From an uncultured delta proteobacterium (GTDB lineage Bacteria > Desulfobacterota > Binatia > Bin18): a stretch of DNA of 64,000 bases. Below are positions 14,005-24,654 of this stretch, one piece after another. The notes under the pieces are model-generated. The model worked only from the letters and a program-made list of their open reading frames with translations, made no database searches and was not told the DNA's origin. The first letter of the stretch is position 1, and each line of letters opens with the position of its first letter. A program made the position numbers and the translations under genes. The stretch lies in assembly GCA_963733195.1 (NCBI GenBank), contig CAVTCR010000073.1:1-64000 (forward strand). The letters run 5' to 3'.

Positions 14005-15999
14005 GTACGACCTTCAATGCTCTCCATTGTGAAGGCATCCGTTCGGATACCCTGGGTCACTACTTGGCCGGGTTAGGTCTTCTTGCTGCTACCTCACGGA
14101 AATGGGCGGGCGTCAGAGGATGGTGGCAGAAAGGTTATTTCGCGCTGTTAGGTCAGGAACTCGATCCAGGCAAGTGGAAAGATTACTCGTGGAGGGATGG
14201 GGCCAGTAGAATATCAGGATCGTGGGGGAAAAACAAAAAGCAGACAAAAGGCGAACCTTGATCGCAAATCCAGAAAATGCGGGCAGAGAAGACAACCCAA
14301 AAGTACGCCTGCTTGATTGCCATATTGTCGGGAGTGCACGTAACCAAATCAACCAGTCTAAGAACTGGTGGGAAATAGGCAAGCGCGATCTCGCAAAATC
14401 TTAAGATGCTCAGGCACTTATAAAGACCGTCGTGCAGTTAATGTTAAGAATTGGCTTCGCTCTACTCTTTTCGGAAATTCAGAGGAGTCCATTGCCTAAC
14501 CTTAATTCTGCTGGAACTTGGTTTGTCTATGCAAACAAGACCTTCAATAGCGGACAAGACTGGTACCGCGAGGGACAGATCTCACCGTGGTCGTTCTTGC
14601 TCGCCCTCGAAGGGGCGTTGTTGCTTATTGGAAGTGTTGGGCGTCGGCTGGGGTCTCGTGCGCACCCATATGCTGTTTTCCCGTTTGTTACAGACAGACC
14701 TTCGCCTACTTCAAGTGACGAAGTTGGTCTTGCCAGGGCTGAATTTTGGGCACCACTGTGGATACAGCCTGCCAATTTGGTGGAAATTCGTACCTTGTTG
14801 CAACGTGGCTTGGCACGCATTGGTCAACGGGTCGCTCAAGCACCTCACGAATTTGCTATCGCTGCCTTAGCTGCTGGCGTTGATACTGGTATCGAGACTT
14901 TTGTACGATTCGTTCTGCGCCAGACTACGAGCAGCCAAGTATATGAGGCCCTGCCACGCGAGAGAATCAAAGTCAGGGAAGCGAGGAACCGTGAGTCCCG
15001 ATATGATCGTTCCTCTCTTGCCTTGGTTGGAGCGGCTTCCTTACGAACCGCGTGATAGTAAGCAGAAAGGAAAGTTTAAGGGACTGCGTGGTCCTCTCGA
15101 AGAGGCCATCATCCGAGTGTCCGAGCGACCGGATGAACAAGAGTCATGGCAATATCTGCTTCTCGGTCTGGCTGAGGTGCAGAGCCGTGTTGACCGTAGC
15201 AAGGAATTGCGTGGGCGGCTGCGAGCGTTGCCTTTCCTGGACCCAGCTTGGTTTGAAAAAGCCTGGCTATCCCCTCCTGACGAGATACTTATAGCGCGTG
15301 CTATCGCTTCAATTGGGATAGGCACTGAGTCAACCACTGCAAGATTAATATCTACGGAGTGGAAACAGATAGGAGAGGTTCGACGTTGCTTTTGAGCGAC
15401 CTACGCCGACAGAGAGTAGTCTGGCATTCAGGTGCCCCACTGCGTGTGATGGCGGATGTCCTGGAGCGTCGGCTCATCGACACCGATGCCATAGCTTCTC
15501 TACCTCTAGATGGCTCCTGTTTCTGTGAGGGAAATACAGTAGCAGCTTTCCTAGCTGGCTCTCTGGATTTTGAAGAAATCGTTCGATGGGTACCACCCTT
15601 ATCACTTATTCGTTGGCGAGAAATCCGCGAACATTCAAGCAATGCCTCAGTCTCCGCTCCTCAGGATGGTGCATACCTTCTGCATGCGCTGTTTCGCCCC
15701 TTGTTCCACCCCCATAAAGTCTTCATCAACGGAAGCACCTTGTTTCCGGATAATATGCGCCCTCGGGTAGCAATTGCCCGGCGTCTCTTAAATTTGATTC
15801 GTGCTGAAGCCTGGGATGAAGCTATCCGTTTGGCTCGGGATCGTTACCTCGCCGCTGGCCGTATGACCATTACACCGTCGCTTGGGATTCGCGTCAATGG
15901 CGAGCATGTAGCGGCAGCCTTTTTGATTCCCATGTTAAGTAGTGATTGCCTGCTGGCATCCGACGCTGGCTAGAACCAACCAAGAAAACTAATTGGTAG
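14001..15999 (+). CDS. csx17: Type I-G large subunit Csx17/Cas8u, frameshifted
   Basis: LGHYLAGLGLL, SPWSFLLALEG and AEFWAPLW..PA motifs; lies between cas3 and csb1. Confidence 0.82.
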
Positions 16000-16012
16000 A
16001 AGAGGAGGACAA

Positions 16013-17375
16013 ATGGCAAATCTTGCACTCGAAAAGTTACTCCAGATAGATGGCCCAACGTGTTTGATTATTAGAGCGAGTCTGGAACCTGTAGGCGGCG
16101 TCGCCCGATTCCAACCTGCAGGTTTCCCAGAAGTCGGTCACGTTTTATACGATGCGCCACGAGGAAATAACACTGTCAGAGAAAGTCTGTATTATCGACA
16201 GCCCCGCAAGTATGGCGAACCATCTCGAAGCGGTGTGTATGACTGATGGTACCGAACTTCACCCAGACCTTACTGGCTTGCCGTACGTTATGTGTGTTAC
16301 AGACCGGTCGTACACTCAGGGCGAAGATAAACTTACTCTCAACTCTCAAGATCCACGTGACAAGGTGGTCGTCACTAGTCTAACAGAGGGACACCGTATC
16401 GCTTCGGATTATTTTCTGGATGGCTTGATTGATCCTCAATGGAAAGAAGAGGAAAAAAAGAAGACCAAAAAGAAAGATGGCAAAGAACAAGAGAGTACGA
16501 TTCCAGCCCATTGGGAGGGAGGAACATTTCGTAACAGGCTCCGCAAGGATTTTGGCATTACCGAAATCAAAAAAGATAAGACATATTTTGTTCACCCTGA
16601 GGATTGGTGGACGATTTACCAGACTATTTTTAGATGCGATCCCAACTCTTTGGTCCATGGTGTCATGTTCGCCAGAGAGCAGATCAAAATCAGCCGTTTC
16701 TTGACTGCCCATTTGGAGGCATTCGGTGCGGCGCGTGTCGGTCGCTCCGGTGTCAAATTCGACCGGCTCGACAAAACAACATCTGGACAGCCCATTTTTT
16801 CTGTTGATGAAGAAACGGCACGGGAGATCCGCGCGACCTTTATTCTCGACCTCGCTCTCCTTCGGTCGTACGGTCGTGGGGATAAAGGGCTCAACGAAAC
16901 ACAGAAACGGTTACTATAGGTTTCCTAAATCATTTGTGGAAAGCGCCGTTCATGCTTCGACTTTACCCTCCGGGTTACGCTCAGCACGAACGGGTCTGCA
17001 ACCCGCTCATCCTGAGCGTAGCGCAGCGAAGTCGAAGGGCGAGCGCGCAGTACAATGACACATCTCATTTAGGCTCCCTATATTAGAATTAGCACTCTGG
17101 AAGATCCAACGGCTCCTCAAGCAACCATTCCGCTACCGCACTCAGTGTCAACTTGCATGCTCACATATTGAGATCAACACGGAGAAGGAAACAGTTGCGT
17201 GAGTGTTTACCTACTCTTAATGTCAAGACGCGTGCTCGATCAGATGTGATTTGAAGCAATCGAGCTATTAGAGTGTATTATCCGGCAGACGAACTTTTCA
17301 AGTTTGGGAAGGATGAGGAAGACAACGCAGAGGCTGTCGGATGGCACTGGAGCTGAGGAATCAAGGGAGGACTGA
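16013..17375 (+). pseudogene. csb1: Csb1 (Cas7 of type I-G) interrupted by a MITE
   Basis: RFQPAGFP, IDSPASMANHLE, HRIAS, DPNSLVHGV. Removing the MITE restores RLLLELALWKIQRLLKQPFRYRTQC. Confidence 0.88.
16917..17080. mobile_element. 164-bp non-autonomous MITE with TA target duplication
   Basis: Ends TAGGTTTCCTAAAT...ATTTAGGCTCCCTA form an imperfect IR; TA at 16915-16916 and 17081-17082; internal TCCTGAGCGTAGCGCAGCGAAGTCGAAGGG repeat. Confidence 0.85.
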
Positions 17376-17376
17376 C

Positions 17377-18975
17377 ATGGCCTTGGTGATCGAGCAACGA
17401 TTTCCTTTAGGTCGGTTTCATGCGACCCGCTGGAATCAGAATCCTTTCGAGGACCCGTACGGTGAGTGGCCTCCTTCACCTTGGCGATTATTACGTACCC
17501 TTGCCGCTCGCTGGTTTCAGTATAACGCGAGAGACGGGCGAACGATGAAGAGCAAATGCGAGACTGGCCTTCTTCAGGTTCTGGCCTCGATCGCTTACCG
17601 GCATTTTTGCTTACCAATGCTTACTTGGCGTAGGCACGGCGATCAAGACAATACCAACCGACCGAGGTTACTTGGACCAGATAAAGAGATCAAAAAGCCA
17701 AAAGCAGCTTATCGGGCTACAAGCACAAAAGATCGGCAGAACTCTAGTCGAAGATCACTATCGTGTTCTGCCCTCGGATGAGTCGATTTATCTGGTATTG
17801 GAAGGATATTGAGTTAATGGATGATCCCACAACGGAGCTATTAGATAGGCTGCTAGAACGCATTCTCTACTTTGGTCGAGCTGAAACTTTCTGCCGCATG
17901 CGTCGTCTTGCTGCTCTCCCTGACGGAGTTCAACCGAATACAATTCTTACTGAGAAAGATAGAGGGGGAATGAATACCTGTTCTTGTTTCATGGCCTACA
18001 TCGGGATCTCGATCTTAAAGCGCTTGCTGGCAACCACTGATAGTGAGACCCTGAAAGGAAGGTCTATGCCTTCAGGAACAGCGTGGCACTACGCTGCGCT
18101 TCCCCAAGCGACCTACTGTTACGCGTGCTGTTGCAATATGCCTCCGCGCTTTCCAGATGACCTGAACTGCGTCCAGTTCGCTGTAGGAGGACGTGTGTAT
18201 CCACCACTAGCCCGGTGGGTGAAAGTGACCGAACGCTTTCGTGGGCGTGTACTCAAACAGTTAAGCGTTCAGATCACAGGTGATCATCGGACCCACTACG
18301 ACCTCTTAACGTCTGAGCAGAAAGAAGAGCTTGCTTTACTCTCGGGAAAGGACGGAGAAGGACATCCCATTCAGGGACATCTGCCACGCATTTTTCGCAC
18401 TTTGGCCGAGCGAGACTGGTATTCCGAACCGTCTTGTGGTCTGGCGCCGACAACCCTTTACGTCAAGGGAAATCCAAGCGTTGCTAGCTGCTTCAGAGCA
18501 TCCCATTTCATGGTCAAACGGTGCGCCTGACTGGTCCGTACGCTTGGTTCCTCTTCCTTTTGAAACGCCTCCACCTCGTGGACTTACCTCCGAGGCGCGT
18601 GTATGGCAAAGTGCAGTGCCATTCGTTCCACCATCAGGGCGGCACCGCTTTCGGAAAAATGGACGCCCACGACCAGGAGAGACTCCTACGCGACTTCTTG
18701 GTAGATTACTCCAGGCAGGTGGGAAGCCGTTGCCCAGTAAGGTTATAGTATTCGACAACCAAGAGCGAATAGACTGGATAAGTCTTCATGAAACACGGGA
18801 ACAGCGGCGACAGCGAGCAGAATTGCGTACTCCTTGGGTTCGACCGGGATATTGGTTGCAAATTGAGTTCAAAGAGCCGATTAGCGGACCATTGATTCTC
18901 GGTGACTCCTGCCACTTCGGGCTGGGGTTGTTTGTCGCCTGTTCAGGCTTGAAGACCATGAAGCTGGTGAGTTGA
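17377..18975 (+). CDS. csb2: Csb2 (Cas5/Cas6 fusion, type I-G), frameshifted
   Basis: GRFHATRW..EWPPSPWRLLR, YFGRAE and C-terminal GPLILGDSCHFGLGLF. Confidence 0.92.
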
Positions 18976-19047
18976 CGATTCAAAGCCCAAGGCGTAAGTG
19001 TATAGTGATAGTGACCAGGAATGCCGATGAAAACGAAGGTGAAGAGC

Positions 19048-19276
19048 ATGGAAACAAAGGCCATTACTATTCGTGTCAGCCCTGAAGCAGCGTCTGCTTA
19101 TGAGACAGCGTCCTGCCGAACAACAGCGCAAGCTCGATGCCTTGCTCAGCCTGAAACTCTCTGAAGTGACGCGAGCGAAACGCCCCTTGGAAGTCATCAT
19201 GAGCGAGATGAGCCGTAAAGCCCAGGAGCGTGGTCTGACTCCAGAAATTCTGGAATCCATTTTGAATGAGCAATAG
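19048..19276 (+). CDS. Putative antitoxin (frameshifted)
   Basis: METKAITIRVSPE...RGLTPEILESILNE, directly upstream of a PIN gene. Confidence 0.6.
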
Positions 19277-19400
19277 TGCGCGTTACGTCTTCGACACGAA
19301 TACCCTGGTGAGCGCCATATTATTTGAGCATTCAACCCCAGGGCAAGCGTTGCGTCGCGCCCTGAAGCAGGGAGAGATTCTCGTATCGTCCGTAAGCTCT
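19266..19400 (+). pseudogene. Truncated PIN-family toxin
   Basis: YVFDTNTLVSA PIN motif; similarity appears to end after about 45 codons, where the leader begins. Confidence 0.7.
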
Positions 19401-19617
19401 TTGACAAGAAGATATACAGAGCTTTTGTTGCAAATACTGCCGCGAGCGGTTCGGTGCTGGCGATTCATGGGGAGCCGCTCGCAAGCAGAAGGATCTTGTT
19501 TTTCAAAGATTTGCAACCCATGAGAGAGATACGATCGAAAGAGTGACGATGAAAAAAGCAGAGGCGCTCGCAAAGGCCCACTTAACTTATTGTTATTGCA
19601 AGAGTTGGGCACGGGCC
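19400..19617 (+). promoter_or_regulatory. CRISPR leader
   Basis: Non-coding; contains a GCGAGCGG...CCGCTCGC inverted motif and a second GCTCGCAA, with AT-rich tracts just before repeat 1. Confidence 0.75.
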
Positions 19618-20036
19618 GTTTCCACATCCATTAGTGATGTGGCCCCATTGAAGCTGAGTACTGCGGTTCGCCAGAAGCCTGGACGCGTGTCCACGTTTCC
19701 ACATCCATTAGTGATGTGGCCCCATTGAAGCCGTACGCTTGGCCATTGCACTGATACGCTCGTACTGCCGTTTCCACATCCATTAGTGATGTGGCCCCAT
19801 TGAAGCATGTCCCATAGCGTTTGCCATGAAGCACGCAGGCTGTTCTCGTTTCCACATCCATTAGTGATGTGGCCCCATTGAAGCCGATCGTCTGCGACAT
19901 TAACGTGCGAAATCGTATACGTGGTTTCCACATCCATTAGTGATGTGGCCCCATTGAAGCCAGTCGATGCCTCATGACGTCCATGTGCTTATGAATCGAG
20001 TTTCCACATCCATTAGTGATGTGGCCCCATTGAAGC
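19618..20036 (+). CRISPR. CRISPR array: 6 identical 37-bp repeats GTTTCCACATCCATTAGTGATGTGGCCCCATTGAAGC, 5 spacers (40, 38, 41, 39, 39 bp)
   Basis: Repeats start at 19618, 19695, 19770, 19848, 19924 and 20000. Internal hairpin CCACATC/GATGTGG; the ATTGAAGC end is typical of type I-G. Confidence 0.99.
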
Positions 20037-20073
20037 CATGTGTCACGTCTAAAACTTTAATTCGACATATTCA

Positions 20074-20373
20074 CTAGCTTGAATCCGATTGAGGGTATTT
20101 TTTATTTCGGTTGCATGTAGGCGAATTGTTGGCCAATGTGCGGGGCGTAATACCACAATTGCGAGGCGGAATTGACGTAAGTTCTAAGCTGCTCGCGCCA
20201 TTTAACGTGTCCGTCGTAACAATGGCAGCAAATCCTGCTTGCTCCGCTGCGCGGAGTAAATCACCATTCTTGATGGTCTCTGGCCAGCCCATTTGCTCGA
20301 TGAGCGTTACGGCATGAGGTCGGAGTGAGCGTCGGGGCGGATGAGGGGTGCCTTTATCAAACAACACATTCAT
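20074..20373 (-). CDS. PIN-like (DUF5615/VapC45-like) toxin, C-terminus possibly frameshifted
   Basis: MNVLFDKGTP..MGW...KNGDLLRAAE..GFAAIVTTD. Confidence 0.75.
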   Translation of the reverse strand: MNVLFDKGTPHPPRRSLRPHAVTLIEQMGWPETIKNGDLLRAAEQAGFAAIVTTDTLNGASSLELTSIPPRNCGITPRTLANNSPTCNRNKKYPQSDSS

Positions 20374-20657
20374 GGGTGTTGACGTAGGTATTGCTGTGCG
20401 TAGGCAAGGACCGTATCAATGGCCTTACGATCCGTAAAGCCAAACCAATCCATAAATTCCGCAATCGTGCTCCTACCCGCCAAATGCTCAAACAGCACAT
20501 ACAAACCTAACCGGGTATTGGCAAACGTTGGTGCGCCATGTACCCGCTCAGGGTCCTGGTCGACCACCGGACAACCAGACCAGTCGACACGTTCTACGAC
20601 GTCGGGGGGAAAATGATAAGCGGTTGGGGCGTCTTCGCGTAACGTCGAGGGGTTCAC
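20370..20657 (-). CDS. DUF433 antitoxin
   Basis: DPERVHGAPTFANTRL...TIAEFMDWF; overlaps the toxin start. Confidence 0.85.
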   Translation of the reverse strand: MNPSTLREDAPTAYHFPPDVVERVDWSGCPVVDQDPERVHGAPTFANTRLGLYVLFEHLAGRSTIAEFMDWFGFTDRKAIDTVLAYAQQYLRQHP

Positions 20658-20770
20658 TTTTTTGACCTCCTTATCGCCATACTACATCTTTATAATTGTG
20701 CTACTATAGACGTAGTTTCATCTAGCGTCGGGGTTGCATCAAGAGTTAGGAGATCAGAAGGAGGGTCATT

Positions 20771-22021
20771 ATGAATCTTGCAGATGTAGAATCAACTGCT
20801 TGTACACCTTGGCCCATTGAGGGAGTCACCCGTGTTCCTTATCGTGCTTTTTTCGATCCTCCTATTTATGCCCAAGAACAAGAACGGATCTTTCGCGGCC
20901 AAACCTGGAATTATGTTGGCCTGGAAGCAGAGGTTCCGAACACCGCGGACTTCAAGGCGACCTTCATCGGCGACACACCGATTGTGATTACTCGAGACAA
21001 GAACGGCGAGGTACACGGCTTTGTCAATCGCTGTGCGCATCGCGGCGCGATTGTCTGCCGCGAGCCGCGCGGAAATCGGGTGCGTCATCAGTGTGTGTAT
21101 CACCAGTGGACCTATGATCTACAAGGCAATCTGGTTGGGGTTCCCTTCCGTGGTGGGATTGAGGGGAAGGGGGGGTACTCTGCCGATTTTCAACCCTCGG
21201 AACACTCGCTTCGGAAGTTGAAAGTGGAGACATATAAAGGACTGATTTTCGCCTCATTTGCCGACAAGATCGAAACGCTCGAGGAATATCTCGGCCCGGC
21301 CATGTGCCAATGGCTTGATCGCATCTTCAACCGTCCCCTGCAAGTCCTTGGCTATGCGCGTCAGTACATCCATGCAAACTGGAAGTTATACGCAGAGAAT
21401 ACGCGTGATCCGTATCATGCCAGTTTGCTCCACCTCTTTCACACGACCTTCGGGATTTACCGGTCCTCTATGGGGGGTGGCGTGATTATGGATGATACGA
21501 AACGCCATGATATGTTGCGGGCGTATAAACGACCCGAGCCGCAGGAAACTGCTGCGTATCGGGGGAAAGATATCCGTACCTACCAAGAACAATATACTCT
21601 TGCTGACCCATCGTTACTGACCACGCGCAAGGAGTTCGAGGTTGAACTGACCAATCACATCCAGGCGATTTTTCCCAGCCTTGTTGTCCAGCAGATTCAA
21701 AACACGCTTGCGACACGCCATATTCTGCCGAAAAAGCCGGACGAGTTTGAGCTGGTATTTACCTTTTTTGGTTATGAAGATGATGATGCTGAGATGCGCG
21801 CCATCCGTATTAAGCAGGCGAATCTCGTGGGCCCAGCAGGATATATCTCGATGGAGGACGGACACGCAACGGAATTAGTCCAACAAGCCATTGTCCATGA
21901 CCAGGAGTCGGCTTCGTTTATCGAATTCGGTGGACGAGGTATGGAGAGCGAAGAAAATCTCCTGACTGAAAGTGGGATTCGCGGGTTCTGGAAGTATTAC
22001 CGGGAAGTGATGCACGTGTAG
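20771..22021 (+). CDS. Aromatic ring-hydroxylating oxygenase alpha subunit (salicylate/anthranilate/terephthalate-type group)
   Basis: Rieske motif CAHRG...CVYHQW and mononuclear Fe motif ENTRDPYHASLLH. Confidence 0.93.
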   Translation: MNLADVESTACTPWPIEGVTRVPYRAFFDPPIYAQEQERIFRGQTWNYVGLEAEVPNTADFKATFIGDTPIVITRDKNGEVHGFVNRCAHRGAIVCREPRGNRVRHQCVYHQWTYDLQGNLVGVPFRGGIEGKGGYSADFQPSEHSLRKLKVETYKGLIFASFADKIETLEEYLGPAMCQWLDRIFNRPLQVLGYARQYIHANWKLYAENTRDPYHASLLHLFHTTFGIYRSSMGGGVIMDDTKRHDMLRAYKRPEPQETAAYRGKDIRTYQEQYTLADPSLLTTRKEFEVELTNHIQAIFPSLVVQQIQNTLATRHILPKKPDEFELVFTFFGYEDDDAEMRAIRIKQANLVGPAGYISMEDGHATELVQQAIVHDQESASFIEFGGRGMESEENLLTESGIRGFWKYYREVMHV

Positions 22022-22038
22022 CGGGATGGAGGCAGACT

Positions 22039-22524
22039 ATGGTCACTCCAGAAATTCGCCAAGCAATCGAAGACCTCGTTCACGACTACGTGCATTGTAT
22101 CGACGACGATGACTTGGAAAATTGGCCGACGTTGTTTGCGTCGCAGTGTCTGTACAAAGTCGTGCCGCGCGAGAATGCTGACCTGAACTTGCCGATTGCG
22201 ATCATGTACTGCGACAGTCAAGGAATGCTACAGGATCGCGTGACGGCACATCGCAAGGCTAATTTGTTTGCGGCTCACTTTTATCGCCACTTGGTGAGTA
22301 GCATCCGCATCACCGGAGAAGATGGTAGCGAGTACTTCGTACGCTCAAATTACGTCGTGTTCCGCACGGCGGCAGATGCCGTACAATATGGTGCGACGGA
22401 GATTTACAGTGCTGGCACATATCACGACAAGATTATTTTTGAGAACGGTGTGGCGAAGTTTAGGGAAAAGGTCGTGATTGCCGATACGTGTAAGATTTCT
22501 TCGCTGTTAGTGACGCCACTGTAG
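22039..22524 (+). CDS. Ring-hydroxylating oxygenase beta subunit
   Basis: YVHCIDDDDLENWP..MLQDRV..YRHLVS; adjacent to the alpha subunit. Confidence 0.92.
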   Translation: MVTPEIRQAIEDLVHDYVHCIDDDDLENWPTLFASQCLYKVVPRENADLNLPIAIMYCDSQGMLQDRVTAHRKANLFAAHFYRHLVSSIRITGEDGSEYFVRSNYVVFRTAADAVQYGATEIYSAGTYHDKIIFENGVAKFREKVVIADTCKISSLLVTPL

Positions 22525-22559
22525 AGATAAATCGCCGTGCTTCGGGGCGTCTCTGCGGG

Positions 22560-23714
22560 CTATTGTTTTCCCTCCCGTGCACCACTAGATTGCTTCCCCG
22601 AGTTGAGGGAAGACAGTGGTTGAGTGTGAGGTTGTGGTGTCGGCCCTTTGTCCGTTTCCTCTTGCGCTTTGTTGTTCATCGCTTCTTTTGCTGGATCTGT
22701 CGCTCCTTCTTTGTCGGCCTTCTGCGCAGCAGCATTCTTGTCTGTTTTTCCATCGGCTGAGGATGCTGCTCCATTAATTTCGATAATGGGGCGATACTGG
22801 GATTTCTCGTTCTGCTTACGGAAAAGTGAGCTCAGTGTAAAACCATCCTTCACTGGCTGTTTGATAATACCGAACAGCCCAGCGATGTCATGCCACACGT
22901 GAGTGCGGACCTGGCGGAAAAAGTCGGTGTTCTCAAATTCTTTTCCGAGTGTTGCAGACGTAGCCTTGGCAAAGAGTTTTTGCATCCATGCGTCGTACTG
23001 CAGGGGGGAGAGGAAGGAAAACGCTTTGAGTTTCCCGACGGTATCAATAAGATCTGCGCTTGCTTTGTTCGCTAAGAAATAACTGCGAGATCGTCGCTGT
23101 AGCCGTTTGTTCAGGTCGGAAATCTCCAGTAGCAGATTCAAGGCGGTTCGCCAGCTAATATCGTCCTCTTCCAGCAGAATAAGGTTGACGTCGCTCAGCG
23201 TGGCGGCAGCGAGACTCAGGCTTCCTGGTCCCGCTTGCGTATCAATGATGATGTAGTGGAGGTTCAACGAGTCCGCTGCAGTAGCCAGGAGCTTCTGCAA
23301 CTTAGTACTAACGACATCGAAATCGAGATGGGTAAATTGTGTCCAATCCGGGCGTTCACTGTCAGTCGAGAACGGAATAGCAAAGACGTTCTCCAGCCGA
23401 CGATAGAGTGCATAAAGGGGACCGGCATGCCCGTCACTGGTAACGGCTTTGTGTAATGCGTCAAACAAATCTTTCTCAACCGTTTCACCACCGTCGAGAT
23501 ACTCGGCGAACGACAACGGAACATGGTCCAACTCGTACTTATTCTGAAACAAGAGTAGCGTTAGCCCCTGTACTGACGGATCCAGGTCCAGTAACAAGAC
23601 ATTCGCGTGCTCTTCTTGCTGAATAATCCGCGCAAGGCACGAGGCGAGTACAGTTTTACCCACCCCACCTTTCCCGCTGCATAGGGTAATAGTTTTTGTC
23701 ATTTGCCCCTCCAC
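22560..23714 (-). CDS. ParA/MinD-family ATPase with low-complexity C-terminal tail
   Basis: SGKGGVGKT, LDLDP and IIIDT motifs. Confidence 0.8.
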   Translation of the reverse strand: MEGQMTKTITLCSGKGGVGKTVLASCLARIIQQEEHANVLLLDLDPSVQGLTLLLFQNKYELDHVPLSFAEYLDGGETVEKDLFDALHKAVTSDGHAGPLYALYRRLENVFAIPFSTDSERPDWTQFTHLDFDVVSTKLQKLLATAADSLNLHYIIIDTQAGPGSLSLAAATLSDVNLILLEEDDISWRTALNLLLEISDLNKRLQRRSRSYFLANKASADLIDTVGKLKAFSFLSPLQYDAWMQKLFAKATSATLGKEFENTDFFRQVRTHVWHDIAGLFGIIKQPVKDGFTLSSLFRKQNEKSQYRPIIEINGAASSADGKTDKNAAAQKADKEGATDPAKEAMNNKAQEETDKGPTPQPHTQPLSSLNSGKQSSGAREGKQ

Positions 23715-23868
23715 AATACCATCCTGAAACAGGTCTATCGAAATAGTGAGGAACTTCTAATACCTTTTTTGAGATTTCAGCAAGGTACCCGAACTCTGCC
23801 TCATTTTAGAAGGGAGACCTTTCCTGTTTTAGTGGGAAAGTGCAATAGTGCAAAACTCGTGAGGGAGT

Positions 23869-24570
23869 ATGAGTCAAATTCCTCCTCAGCAAACTTTACC
23901 GCCACAGCCTTGGTCCGAATTCATTGATGGGCCACTCTACACGGATATAGAGGCTCCCTGGCGTGATGACCCTGCGTTTGCCTCGTTATGTGAATTTCCT
24001 GGGCTGCGCGATTGTATCGGGGGGCGTATCGCTGCATCTCTCATGCAAGCTGTAGGTCTAGTGAAAGCGATGACGCAGGTTGATCTGCTGTCCATTGTGC
24101 ATACCAGTTCATACCCTCAAGGACTCTGTTTGGGTTTCGGGATGAATGCTCTGGAACCCTATGACCTCCTTCAGGTGTTTTCCCTTGCACAGGTGCATGC
24201 CTACGAATGGATCGGCGAGCATGTTGTTGAAGCTGCGCAAACACTGGTCGCGTTGACCAAGGGAGATCGCACCTTGCCGGAGCGGGTTCGCTTGCATCAT
24301 GGAACTATCAGCGATCTCGGCGTGTTGGCCGATCGCTCCATCCAAGTGGCGTATGTTGGAAACGTCTTTATGCACGAAATTCCGATGACGCAGGAGACGT
24401 TTGTCCGCGCAGTGAGAGAGATTTTGCGAGTTTTAGATGACGGCGGTGTGCTCCTTAGTCGTGGGTCGTCGGGAGGATTGGAGACCGCGCTGAGTCCAGC
24501 CGGAAAACTGTTACTGCACAACCCACTCATCTCCGTATTTCAGCGACAGACAGGAGCGACATCCTCATGA
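23869..24570 (+). CDS. Hypothetical protein, possible class I SAM-methyltransferase fold
   Basis: CLGFG motif-I-like segment and EILRVLDDGGVLL. Confidence 0.5.
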   Translation: MSQIPPQQTLPPQPWSEFIDGPLYTDIEAPWRDDPAFASLCEFPGLRDCIGGRIAASLMQAVGLVKAMTQVDLLSIVHTSSYPQGLCLGFGMNALEPYDLLQVFSLAQVHAYEWIGEHVVEAAQTLVALTKGDRTLPERVRLHHGTISDLGVLADRSIQVAYVGNVFMHEIPMTQETFVRAVREILRVLDDGGVLLSRGSSGGLETALSPAGKLLLHNPLISVFQRQTGATSS

Positions 24571-24654
24571 TTTGCCTTGATCATGTTCTCATTTTTCGTA
24601 GGTGAAATCCGCTGGCGAGTGGATGATAGAGAAGGGCGGAGAAGGAGAGAACGG

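Noticed and set aside
17243-17257. GATGTGATTTGAAGC as a degenerate CRISPR repeat (mini-array or CreA-like RNA)
   Set aside because: The match is short, lacks the hairpin, has no partner repeat at spacer distance and lies in the csb1 3' region.
19593-19937. Repetitive ORFs (WGHITNGCGN / FNGATSLMDVET)
   Set aside because: They are translations of the CRISPR repeats on the minus strand.
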